A DNA stretch of 44,239 bases from Somniosus microcephalus. Taxonomy: Eukaryota. The notes under the pieces were generated by a model. It saw only the letters and a list, made by a program, of their open reading frames with translations, searched no databases and was not told the origin of the DNA. Location of the stretch: assembly GCA_052327205.1 (NCBI GenBank), contig JBMRGM010000035.1, positions 139,996,001 through 140,040,239 on the forward strand, read 5' to 3'. Both the position numbers and the translations under genes were made by a program. Shown here one piece after another: positions 11,080-20,429 of the stretch (position 1 is the first letter of the stretch; each line of letters starts with the position of its first letter).

Positions 11080-11521
11080 GTCTAGGTTCGGAATGGTCAT
11101 GGCCCTGTGGGTAGTGGAGTGGGCCCAGGGGCCGTGTAGCCTTGTTCTGCTCCTACTGTGTTCTAATTCTGTTAGATTTCAGGAGATGGTTTTATTCCTG
11201 TTCCTGGCTGGGGTGGAGATCGCCTTTACAGAAGGTAAGTACTGTAGAAAATATAGGGACAGAGTGATCTCCTGGAAGAATTTCGATCGCCTAGATGGGT
11301 CGGAGAGGAATTTCCCAGATTTTTTTCTCCCAAATTGGCCATTGGGTCTTTATCTGGTTTTTTGCCTCTCCCGGGAGATCACATGGGTTCGGGTGGATGC
11401 AGAGTGATAGAAGATTTGAGGTTAGGATCAGATCAGCCATGATCTTATTGAATGGTGGAGCAGGCTCGAGGGGCCGATTGGCCTACTCCTGCTCCTATTT
11501 CTTATGTTCTTATGTTCTTAT

Positions 11522-13729
11522 GAGAAGCAGCGCCTGGTCATCGACTACAGCCAGACAATAAATCGCTACACCCTGCTGGACGCCTACCCACTCCCCCGTA
11601 TAGCTGATATGGTCAACCAGATTGCGCAGTACCGCGTCTTCTCGACCATTGACCTGAAATCAGCATACCACCAGCTCCCCATCCGCCCTGAGGACCGCCA
11701 GTACACTGCCTTTGAGGCAAACGGCCGCCTCTATCACTTCCTTAGGGTTCCCTTTGGCGTCACCAACGGGGTCTCCATCTTCCAAAGGGAGATGGACCGG
11801 ATGGTAGATCAAAATGCGTTGCAGGCCACTTTCCCATATCTGGACAATGTGACCATCTGCGGCCGTGACTTGCAGGACCATGACGCAAACCTCGAAAAAT
11901 TCCTCCGCACCGCCCAACTCCTAAACCTGACATATAACAAGGAGAAGTGCATATTCCGCACAAACCGCCTCGCCATCCTTGGCTGTGTTGTGGAACACGG
12001 AGTCATCGGCCCCGACCCCGACCGGATGCGTCCCCTTATGGAACTTCCACTGCCCCACTGCCTCAAGGCCCTGAAGAGGTGCCTAGGGTTTTTCTCCTAT
12101 TACGCCCAGTGGGTCCCCTACTATGCGGACAAGGCCCGTCCGCTGATCAAGTCCACCTCTTTTCCCTTGACGGCAGAGGCCCGCTTAGCCTTCCACCGTA
12201 TCAAGGAGGACATTGCCAAAGCCACCATGCACGCAGTGGACGAATCCATCCCCTTCCAGGTGGAAAGCGACGCGTCCGACTTTGCCCTGGCCGCTACCCT
12301 CAATCAGGCGGGGAGACCCGTGGCCTTCTTTTCACGAACCCTCCAAGGCCCGGAGACCAGACACTCCGCTGTTGAGAAGGAGGCCCAGGCGATTGTGGAG
12401 GCTGTGCGTCATTGGAGGCACTACCTGGCCGGAAAACGATTTACCCTGCTCACTGGCCAGCGTTCACTTGCTTTTATGTTTAACAACAAGCAGAGGGGCA
12501 AAATCAAAAATGACAAGATCTTGAGGTGGAGAATCGAACTTTCCACCTACAACTACGAGATCTTGTACCGGCCCGGGAAGCTAAATGAACCCCCGGATGC
12601 GCTATCGCGTGGCACCTGCGCCAGCGCGCAGATCGATAGACTACGGGTCCTCCACAATGACCTCTGCCACCCGGGGGTCACCAGGTTCTTCCACCTCATC
12701 AAGGCCCGCAACCTGCCTTACTCTATTGAGGAGGTCAGGACCATGACCAGGAACTGCCAAGTCTGCGCTGAGTGCAAACCGCACTTTTATAGACCAGACA
12801 GGGCCCACCTGATAAAAGCCACTCGCCCCTTCGAGCGCCTGAGCATTGATTTTAAAGGGCCTCTCCCCTCCTCCGACCGCAATGTGTACTTCCTCAATAT
12901 TATTGATGAGTACTCCCGTTTCCCGTTTGCCTTCCCCTGCCCGGACATGACCAGTGCCACGGTCATTAAATGTCTGAACAACCTCTTCACCCTGTTCGGC
13001 TTCCCCAGCTATATCCATAGCGACCGGGGCTCATCGTTTATGAGCGACGAACTCCGTCAGTACCTGCTAACTAGGGGTATTGCCACAAGCAGGACCACCA
13101 GTTACAACCCCCGGGGGAACGGACAAGTGGAAAGAGAAAATGCGACAGTTTGGAAGGCCGTCCTGCTAGCCTTAAAGTCTAGGGGCCTTCCAACCTCCCG
13201 CTGGCAGGATGTGCTCCCCGATGCGCTCCACTCTATTCGGTCACTGCTCTGCACTGCCACTAACGCCACCCCTCATGAGAAAATGTTCGTCTTCCCAAGG
13301 AAGTCCACATCGGGGACATCGCTACCGCCATGGCTGACGTCCCCAGGGCCGGTCCTACTGAGAAGACACGTGAGGACCCATAAAACGGACCCCCTGGTCG
13401 AGAGGGTCGACCTCCTCCACGCCAACCCCCAGTATGCTTACATCGCATACCCGGACGGGCGGGAGGACACAGTCTCCATAAGAGACCTTGCACCCTCGGG
13501 GACCGCAGTAACCCACTACCCACTATCACCCCCCCCCACGATCCGATATCCAGCCCCAGCAGACGGCAGGCCTGGGCCCCGCGACCCGCTCGACATCTAC
13601 GAGGACGACACGCCTGTGCCACAGCCTACGCTGGACTCGACGCCGGAAGCTTCACTACCCCTGCCGTCGCCACGCCGATCACAGCGGCAGACAAGACCTC
13701 CGGAGAGACTCCAATACACTAACTTTTAA
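11522..13729 (+). CDS. Gypsy A pol, C-terminal part (RT, RNase H, integrase)
   Basis: RT IDLKSAYHQ, PFG, YLDN. RNase H SDAS and EKEA. Integrase H-x4-H...C-x2-C, IDFKG, SDRG, NGQVER. The track's start at 11504 lies in the CR1 tail. Confidence 0.93.
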   Translation, partial: EKQRLVIDYSQTINRYTLLDAYPLPRIADMVNQIAQYRVFSTIDLKSAYHQLPIRPEDRQYTAFEANGRLYHFLRVPFGVTNGVSIFQREMDRMVDQNALQATFPYLDNVTICGRDLQDHDANLEKFLRTAQLLNLTYNKEKCIFRTNRLAILGCVVEHGVIGPDPDRMRPLMELPLPHCLKALKRCLGFFSYYAQWVPYYADKARPLIKSTSFPLTAEARLAFHRIKEDIAKATMHAVDESIPFQVESDASDFALAATLNQAGRPVAFFSRTLQGPETRHSAVEKEAQAIVEAVRHWRHYLAGKRFTLLTGQRSLAFMFNNKQRGKIKNDKILRWRIELSTYNYEILYRPGKLNEPPDALSRGTCASAQIDRLRVLHNDLCHPGVTRFFHLIKARNLPYSIEEVRTMTRNCQVCAECKPHFYRPDRAHLIKATRPFERLSIDFKGPLPSSDRNVYFLNIIDEYSRFPFAFPCPDMTSATVIKCLNNLFTLFGFPSYIHSDRGSSFMSDELRQYLLTRGIATSRTTSYNPRGNGQVERENATVWKAVLLALKSRGLPTSRWQDVLPDALHSIRSLLCTATNATPHEKMFVFPRKSTSGTSLPPWLTSPGPVLLRRHVRTHKTDPLVERVDLLHANPQYAYIAYPDGREDTVSIRDLAPSGTAVTHYPLSPPPTIRYPAPADGRPGPRDPLDIYEDDTPVPQPTLDSTPEASLPLPSPRRSQRQTRPPERLQYTNF

Positions 13730-13771
13730 TACACTTCACCCCGCCGGACTCAATTTTAAACAAGGGGTGAA

Positions 13772-14006
13772 TGTGGTAAACCACTGTTTGTATTCCTGTT
13801 TGTCCTGTTTGTATTCCACTGTGTACATGCCTGGACATGCCTCGGCTGACTCCTCCCACAGGTCCTAGTATAAAGGTGACTGCTCCCCAGCCCTTTGTAT
13901 CCTGGACCGGTCGACCACTCGAGGCAGACCTCCATTCTGTTGTTAATAAAAGCCTTTAGTTACTCTTCTAACTCTCAGTCTTTTATGAGTAATTGATAGC
14001 GCATCA
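13772..14006 (+). repeat. 3' LTR of Gypsy A
   Basis: Starts TGTGG after the PPT, TATAAA at 13869, AATAAA at 13945, ends GCATCA where L2-like sequence begins. Confidence 0.8.
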
Positions 14007-14290
14007 CTCTGTAACCTCCTCCTGCCCTACAAACCTCTGAGAACTTGGCGCTCCTTCAATTCCGGCCTCTTGCGTATCCCCCGATTTCCGTCGCCCCATC
14101 ATTGGCGGCTGCGCCTTCAGCCGCCTGGGCTCTAAACCTCTCCGTCACTCTCTCCTCCTTTAAGACCCTCCTTAAAACTTACCTCTTTCACTAAATTTTT
14201 GGTCACCTTACTGTCCTAATGTCTCCTTCTTTGGGTCGGTGTCAGTTTTTGTCTGATAGCGCTCCTGTGCAGCGACTTGGGAAGCTTTGC
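14007..14290 (+). mobile_element. L2-like LINE 3' end (likely target of Gypsy A)
   Basis: Shares its 3' sequence (TAAACCTCTCCG...CTCCTTAAAAC.TACCTCT...GCTCCTGTG.AGCG.CTTGGGA) with the copy at 26625-26850. Confidence 0.6.
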
Positions 14291-14293
14291 TCA

Positions 14294-14527
14294 GTGTCAG
14301 CTGTGGCTCAGTGGGGAGCGCTCTCTCTCGCCTCTGAGTCAGAAGGTCATGGGATCAGGCCCCACTCTAGAGCCTGGCGTGCAAAATCTAGGCCGACACT
14401 CCCAGTGCAGTACTGAGGGAGCGCTGCACTGTCGGAGGTGCCACCTTTCGGATGAGACATTAAACCGAGGCCCCGTCTGCTCTTTCAGGTGGACATAAAA
14501 GATCCCATGGCACTGTTTGAAGAAAAA
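14294..14527 (+). mobile_element. Deu-domain SINE, 3'-truncated
   Basis: GTGTCAGCTGTGGCTCAGTGG head and Deu core. Confidence 0.8.
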
Positions 14528-14529
14528 GA

Positions 14530-15055
14530 GTTAAACTTGTTATGTAAAGCACCTTAGTTGACCACACTTGGAGTACTGTGAATAGTTCTGGTCTCTGTAT
14601 TTTAAAAAGGTTATAGAGGCACGTGAGAAGGTGCAATAAATGATCTAGAAAAGAGAAGGCTGAGGGGGGTGACCTGATAGAGGTCTTTAAAAATTATGAA
14701 ACTGTTTAATAGGGTAGATGTAGAGAAGATGTTTCCACTTGTGGGGAAGACCAAAACTAGGGCCGTAAATAGAAGATAGTCACTAATAAATCCAATAGGG
14801 AATTCACGAGAAACCTCTTTACCCCGAGAGTGGTGAGAATGTGGAACTCGCTACCACGGGGAGTGGTTGAGGCGAATAGCACAGATACATTTAAGGGGAA
14901 GCTGGATAAGTACATGAGGGAGAAAGGAATAGAAGGATGTGCTGATGGGGTGAGATGAAATAAGATGGGAGGCGGCTCGTATGGAGCATACACACTGGCA
15001 CAGACAAGTTGGGCCCAATGGCTGTACATGTACATTGTGCTGTACATTCTATGTA
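14530..15055 (+). mobile_element. Decayed CR1 3' fragment
   Basis: CCACACTTGGAGTACTGTG...GAGAGTGGTGAGAATGTGGAACTCGCTACC and terminal hairpin. Confidence 0.75.
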
Positions 15056-15403
15056 AGTAAATGTAAGTCTTTTTTCATAGACACTGAAGCCCTGCAGTAG
15101 AAACCTGGTAACAGAGAAAACACCTTTATTAACTTCCTATAAAGGAGTCTTGTGACATTCTTCTGCTCACCACAAAAATCAATCACTGACTCCCCCCCAG
15201 AAAATCCCGACCTGTAACAAACCAAGATCCTGTTCCAAACCACACCATCTACTACCTAACTCGCCCCCCCCACACGCACTGTATTTGTGTCACAGCAGTG
15301 CTGAGCTCTGTCGTCTTATTAAAACGTAAGCCTTTGTTCACCTTGTTCTTCACTATTCTTAGACTCTTTGGATTGCAATTTGTGCTCTTTGAGGTGGGCT
15401 GAG

Positions 15404-15576
15404 TATTGCGTCCGTGAATGATTGAAACACGGAGTGGAACAAAATAAGTCTTTACTGATGGAAGTCAATAGTGAAACTAAAAAAACAGAGGCTCACTAGT
15501 GCCTTTTATACAGGGGTGGTCACTGCCGGTACTGCAGTCTGAGACCAGTTATTCTCTTAAAGGTACATACACAACA
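15404..15576 (-). repeat. 3' LTR of Gypsy B (173 bp)
   Basis: Near-identical to 20171-20351. Confidence 0.93.
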
Positions 15577-15684
15577 ATTCCTTCCCTTTTAGATAAACAG
15601 TACATAACATTCATTTAACAACTAAATGATAACTAATTACAATCACAATTACTGTTGCTAGATACATTGGTTAAGTTTAAGCAA

Positions 15685-18441
15685 TTATAAGTTCAGTCTT
15701 TGAGGAGGCTTCCTGATTCTGTCTGGATAACGTCTCTTTGGGGTATCAGGTTCTTCTGGCAATGTTGAGTCGGGATCAATGTCGTTGTTTGGTTCATCTG
15801 CTTCCAATATCACCGGTTCTGCGGTAGCTGCAATTGGAACGTCGACTTCATCACCAGGTGTATCAGATCGTGGTGTGGAGTTGACATTTTCCCGTGACTC
15901 TAGAATCTGGCCAGCATGGCGTCTTACAATGCTCTCCCCAACGTCCACGGTATACATGAGAGGTCCTTGTCGTGTACAAATCGTTCCTGGCTGCCATTTC
16001 TCAGTGCGGTAGTCCCGGGCCAAAACTGGTTGACCTATCTTAAAACTCCTGGTCGGCCTTTCATTCATATTCTGAAACTGCCTGTTCTCTACATCTCTTC
16101 GGACGTTTGGCTTAACCAAATCCAAGCGGCATCGTAGTCTTCGATTGAAGAACATCATGGCTGGAGTTTGGTTGGTAACCGCATGCGTCGCATTCCGGTA
16201 GGCAAACAAGAAGTTGTCCACGTTGTGTTGTAGGGGTATGTCTTCATTACACATTGCCTTGATAGCCTTCTTGAATGTTTGGACAAACCTCTCGGCCAAT
16301 CCATTAGTGGCTGGATGATATGGGGCAGATGTGTAATGCTTAACACCATTGTTCTTTAAGAACCTCCGGAACTCTTCAGACACAAACTGTGGTCCATTGT
16401 CAGAGCAAATCTGTTCAGGCAGCCCATTCCTGGCGAATATGGTTCGTAAAACTGTGATAGTTTTTTCCGTGGTGGTTGAGGACATTTTTATTACCTCTGG
16501 CCACTTTGAATGTGCATCCACCGCAATTAAAAACATCGAGTCCATGGAGGGACCAGCAAAATCAATGTGCACCCTTTGCCATGGAGATGAGGGCCACTCC
16601 CATGGATGCAGAGGAGCTTGTGGTGGGGCGTTTTGGACCTTCTGGCATCCTGCACAGCTCTTGGTCATCTCTTCGATTTCTCTATCGATTCCCGGCCACC
16701 ACACAAACGCTCTGGCTAAGTTCTTCATTTTTACCCCACCCAGATAACCCTCATGAAGCTCATTGAGCACTCTATCCGTCAACTTAGGTGGAATTACTAC
16801 TCTGGATCCACACATCAAGGTTCCTCTGCACACTGACAGCTGTTCTCTTCTCGGCGAGAATGCTGGCCGCAGTGGTTCGCCATGTGCTGGCCATCCCTTC
16901 ACCGTTAAATCATAGACCCGTGATAGTGTCGGGTCATTCCGTGTTTCGTTTTCTATGTTTGCATTCGTCATAGGGAGACATTCGACTATGGTCGAGTGGA
17001 ATAACTCCATTGGATCCACTGCAAGGTCTTCTTCTTCCACCATCGGCAACGGTAGGCATGACAATCTATCAGCATTTCCATGCTGTTTAGTTCCTTTGTA
17101 CTCGATGTCATATTGGTGTGCCCCTAGGAAAAGGGACCATCTCTGCAGCCGTTGTGCTGTCATTATCGGTACGCCCTTCTGAGGGTTGAAAATGGAGACA
17201 AGAGGTTGATGATCGGTTAGTAGAGTACATTTTTGACCGTGCAGGTAGTGATTGAACTTCTTCACCCCCCACACTAGGTTGAGGGCCTCTCTGTCAATCT
17301 GGGCGTAGTTACGCTCGGCAGAAGTTAACGAGCGTGACGCAAAAGCTATCGGCCTCTCTAAACCATCAAGGAATTTATGTGACAGTACCGCCCCAATGCC
17401 GTAGGGAGACGCATCACACGCCAGTCTGATCGGCAGTGCTGGGTTGTAGTGAGCCAATACTTCCCTTGAAGTGATTAAGTCCTTACTCTTCTGAAAAGCA
17501 CGCTTACAATCATCGCTCCATTTCCATGCTACCCCCGTTCGTAGCAGGGCATTCAGTGGGTGCAGAATTGTCGACAAATTCGGCAAAAACTTATGATAGT
17601 AATTCACCAATCCGAGGAATGACCTCAGTTGCGACACATTTTCAGGCGCTGGGGCCTTAACAACCGCTTCAATTTTCTCAGGGGACTTATGTAACCCGTC
17701 TTCATCAATCACGTGGCCACAATACGATATCTGTTTCTTAAAAAATTCGCACTTTGGGTGGTTGGCTCGCAGCCCATGTTCCCGTAGTCTAGTGAGCACC
17801 TGTTCTAGGTTGTTAAGGTGTTCACTGTCATCTTCACCTGTCACAAGGATGTCGTCCAAGTAACACTGAGTCCCCGGAATCCCTTGCAGGACTTGTTCCA
17901 TCGCTCTTTGCCATATCGCCGGAGCCGATGCTACTCCGAATACCAATCGATGATACTGGTAAAGACCTTTGTGAGTTTTTATCGTGAGATACTTCCTAGA
18001 GGACTCTTCAACCTCCATCTGCAAATATGCTTGTGCTAGGTCAATTTTTGTAAAACGCTTCCCTCCAGACAGTGAGACGAAGATGTCTTCTACCCTTGGA
18101 AGAGGATATTGTACTGTGTGAAGGACTGGGTTCACCGTCACCTTGAAATCCCCACAGATGCGAATCTTCCTTGGCTCCCCAGACTTATTGCTTAACGTTT
18201 TCTTCATGACAGGAACGATGGGTGTCGCCCACTCGCTCCAGTCGACCTTAGACAACACGCCCGCCTTCTCCAGATTCTCCAGCTCTGCCTCGACGGCTGG
18301 GCGAATTGCATATGGTACCGGTCTTGCTTTGAAAAACTTGGGAACTGCGTTCTCTTCTATTTTTATCGAGGCGGTTACGCCTTTAAGCGTGCCCAGTTCT
18401 TGTTGAAATACCTCTTTGGCGTTAGCTAAGATTGTTGACAA
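15685..18441 (-). pseudogene. Gypsy B pol (RT, RNase H, integrase), in frame with gag-PR but behind a TGA
   Basis: RICGDFK, IDLAQAYLQ, YLDD, CDAS, TDHQPL, HIDFAG, SDNG, NGLAER. Several conserved motifs look eroded (HEGYLG, NADRLSCLP). Confidence 0.88.
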
Positions 18442-19641
18442 TCATCCAGGAGTGACGTCTTCATCTTTTTCACCGTCCACCGTCATTGCATGAATGGAGT
18501 GCCAATCTAAGTTTATCTTTCTGATCCATTCCCATCCCAATAACGGTGGTCCACCATTTGGCAGTATGTAGAGATACAATTTCCGTATTTTCTTGCCATT
18601 GTATTCGACAGGCACCCTTATTTTTCCTCTGGGGTATACTTTTTGCCCCGTATACGTCATCAAGACGATGGATGTCTCTCTCAAGGGTATGTGTGAAAAT
18701 AGCCACTCGTAGTCTCGTCGATTCATGATGGTTAGCGCTGATCCTGTATCCAATTCCATTTTAACTTGGGACCCTGCTATCGTGAGGGTGACCCAAATGG
18801 TTCGGTGATCCTCTTTTGCGATTACATTGTGAAGTTTGAGACAGCTTAGTCTCCTGTTCCCGGATTCACTATCGCTCATCTGGTCTTCGGAACTACTGTC
18901 CATCATCTTTTGTACTTTCTTGTACGGTTCCTTAGTAGCCTTTTTGTTGTCGCTGGTCTTCTTCCCAGACCTGCAAACTCGTGCAATGTGTCCCATCTTC
19001 CCGCATTGCCTGCATATTTTGTCTTTGGACCAGCAGTCCTTCTGGTCATGGTTAGTTCTGCTGCAGCGATAACATTTTGCAAATCCCCGTGTCATTTTGT
19101 GGGTGCCGTATTCCTGTGGTTTTTGTTGAATTTCTGCAGCTCCCCTGGCTGCTGCTTCATACGATACTGCCACGCTGAAAGCCTTGTCTAGCGTCAGCTC
19201 TTTCTCTGAGAGTAACTTCTTCTGTGTTCCTTCACTCAGTCCACAGACAAATTTGTCCCGTAGGGTATCTGCCAGTCCTGCTCCGAACTGGCAGTGCTTT
19301 GATAGCTTGCGTAGTTCCGTAAGATACTCAGCATTGCTCTCATCTTTGTGCTGAGTTCTCCTGTGGAATTTAAATCTTTCTGCTATCAACAGCGGTGCAG
19401 GGTTTAGGTGTTCCTGTAGGACAGCAACAATTTCGTTAAAACTCTTCGCCTTCGGTTTGGCTGGAGTAATCAGGTCCCGCAATAGGCCGTACGTTCTAGC
19501 GCCCATTAAGTTTAGCAATATCGATGCCTTTTTCTCCTCCGCTATTTCGTTTGCCTCGAAATATACCTCGACTCTTTCCACATACGTGGTCCAGTCCTCT
19601 ATTGTATTATCAAAAGCAGTGATACAGCCAGTCTTCGGCAT
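18442..19641 (-). CDS. Gypsy B gag and protease
   Basis: DWTTYVER, LRDKFVCGL, CCHC knuckles CYRCSRTNHDQKDC and CRQCGKMGHIARVC, protease MELDTGS. Confidence 0.9.
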   Translation of the reverse strand: MPKTGCITAFDNTIEDWTTYVERVEVYFEANEIAEEKKASILLNLMGARTYGLLRDLITPAKPKAKSFNEIVAVLQEHLNPAPLLIAERFKFHRRTQHKDESNAEYLTELRKLSKHCQFGAGLADTLRDKFVCGLSEGTQKKLLSEKELTLDKAFSVAVSYEAAARGAAEIQQKPQEYGTHKMTRGFAKCYRCSRTNHDQKDCWSKDKICRQCGKMGHIARVCRSGKKTSDNKKATKEPYKKVQKMMDSSSEDQMSDSESGNRRLSCLKLHNVIAKEDHRTIWVTLTIAGSQVKMELDTGSALTIMNRRDYEWLFSHIPLRETSIVLMTYTGQKVYPRGKIRVPVEYNGKKIRKLYLYILPNGGPPLLGWEWIRKINLDWHSIHAMTVDGEKDEDVTPG

Positions 19642-20170
19642 CTTGCAAATCTAAAATGGCGCCTCCCGCGCTTTGCCTTCTTGTTAGCGCTGCTTTCCAC
19701 GGTTTCTTGCGTGTTTAATATTTTTTTTAAAATTATTTTCCCGTCGTGGAACAACCCTGTGGGACTCTTGCCTCCCTCTTCGCGGGTCTATTCGCAGCCC
19801 GGCTTCGTAGCACCGGCCGCGCCCTGTGTGCTCCACCCTCTCTCTCTCTTCTTCCCGACAACGCTGCTCGGCCCCGTTGCAAACCACCCGCTCGAGTTCG
19901 CGACCGCCGCAGCCCAGGAAGGATCAGAGCACTACCTGCCACCAGCCCGATTAGCTGAAGCACCGTCGACAGGAACCAGGCCCCGCATCCAACAGCTTCT
20001 CCAGCAATCTTCAACTCTGCAACACAGGGCGGATGCCCACGGTCGACGCCCGTTTCTACTGCCTCTTACTGTCTTTTCTTTCTGGCCTCGACCTCTGCTC
20101 ACTTCGCTGTAGGAATGGATCCCAGGAGGTGGTGCAGACTGTAGGTAGGTTCGTAGCTGCTCGTCGCCAG

Positions 20171-20351
20171 TATTACGTCCGTGAATGATTGAGACACGGA
20201 CAGCAGGAGTGGAACAAAATAAGTCTTTACTGATGGAAGTCAATAGTGAAACTAAAAAAACAGAGGCTCACTAGCACCTTTTATACAGGGGTGGTCACTG
20301 CCGGTACTGCAGTCTGAGACCAGTTATTCTCTTAAAGGTACATACACAACA
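20171..20351 (-). repeat. 5' LTR of Gypsy B (181 bp)
   Basis: Starts TGTTG on the minus strand, contains TATAAAA, and is followed by the PBS. Confidence 0.93.
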
Positions 20352-20429
20352 CTGAGGTGTGGGCAGAATTTTCCATGGTTACTGTGGTGCCTACAATGCA
20401 GCGGGAGGATTATCGTAAGATCGACATTG

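Larger units (their letters stand above)
6600..11521 (+). mobile_element. Full-length CR1-clade LINE with intact ORF1 and ORF2
   Basis: About 535-nt 5' UTR, two uninterrupted ORFs, 3' terminal hairpin and (TTCTTATG)n tail. GAG is present at both junctions (6600-6602 and 11522-11524). Confidence 0.96.
5295..14006 (+). mobile_element. Ty3/Gypsy LTR retrotransposon A, interrupted by a full-length CR1; 5' end lost in the assembly gap
   Basis: gag-PR-RT-RH-IN order. PPT AAACAAGGGGTGAA directly precedes a TG...CA LTR. Removing the CR1 restores one reading frame (...VIKTGE|KQRLVIDY...). Confidence 0.95.
15404..20351 (-). mobile_element. Complete Ty3/Gypsy LTR retrotransposon B
   Basis: LTRs at 15404-15576 and 20171-20351, TSD CTGAG at 15399-15403 and 20352-20356, PBS TGGCGACGAG (minus, 20169-20160), PPT AAAGGGAAGGAAT next to 15576. 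Confidence 0.96.

Noticed and set aside
11093-11407. 104-aa ORF after CR1 ORF2 (possible ORF3)
   Set aside because: No recognisable motifs; it overlaps hairpin and structured UTR sequence, which explains the region better.
19681-20112. Antisense 143-aa ORF in the Gypsy B leader
   Set aside because: GC-rich 5' UTR with no motifs; a chance ORF is the likelier explanation.
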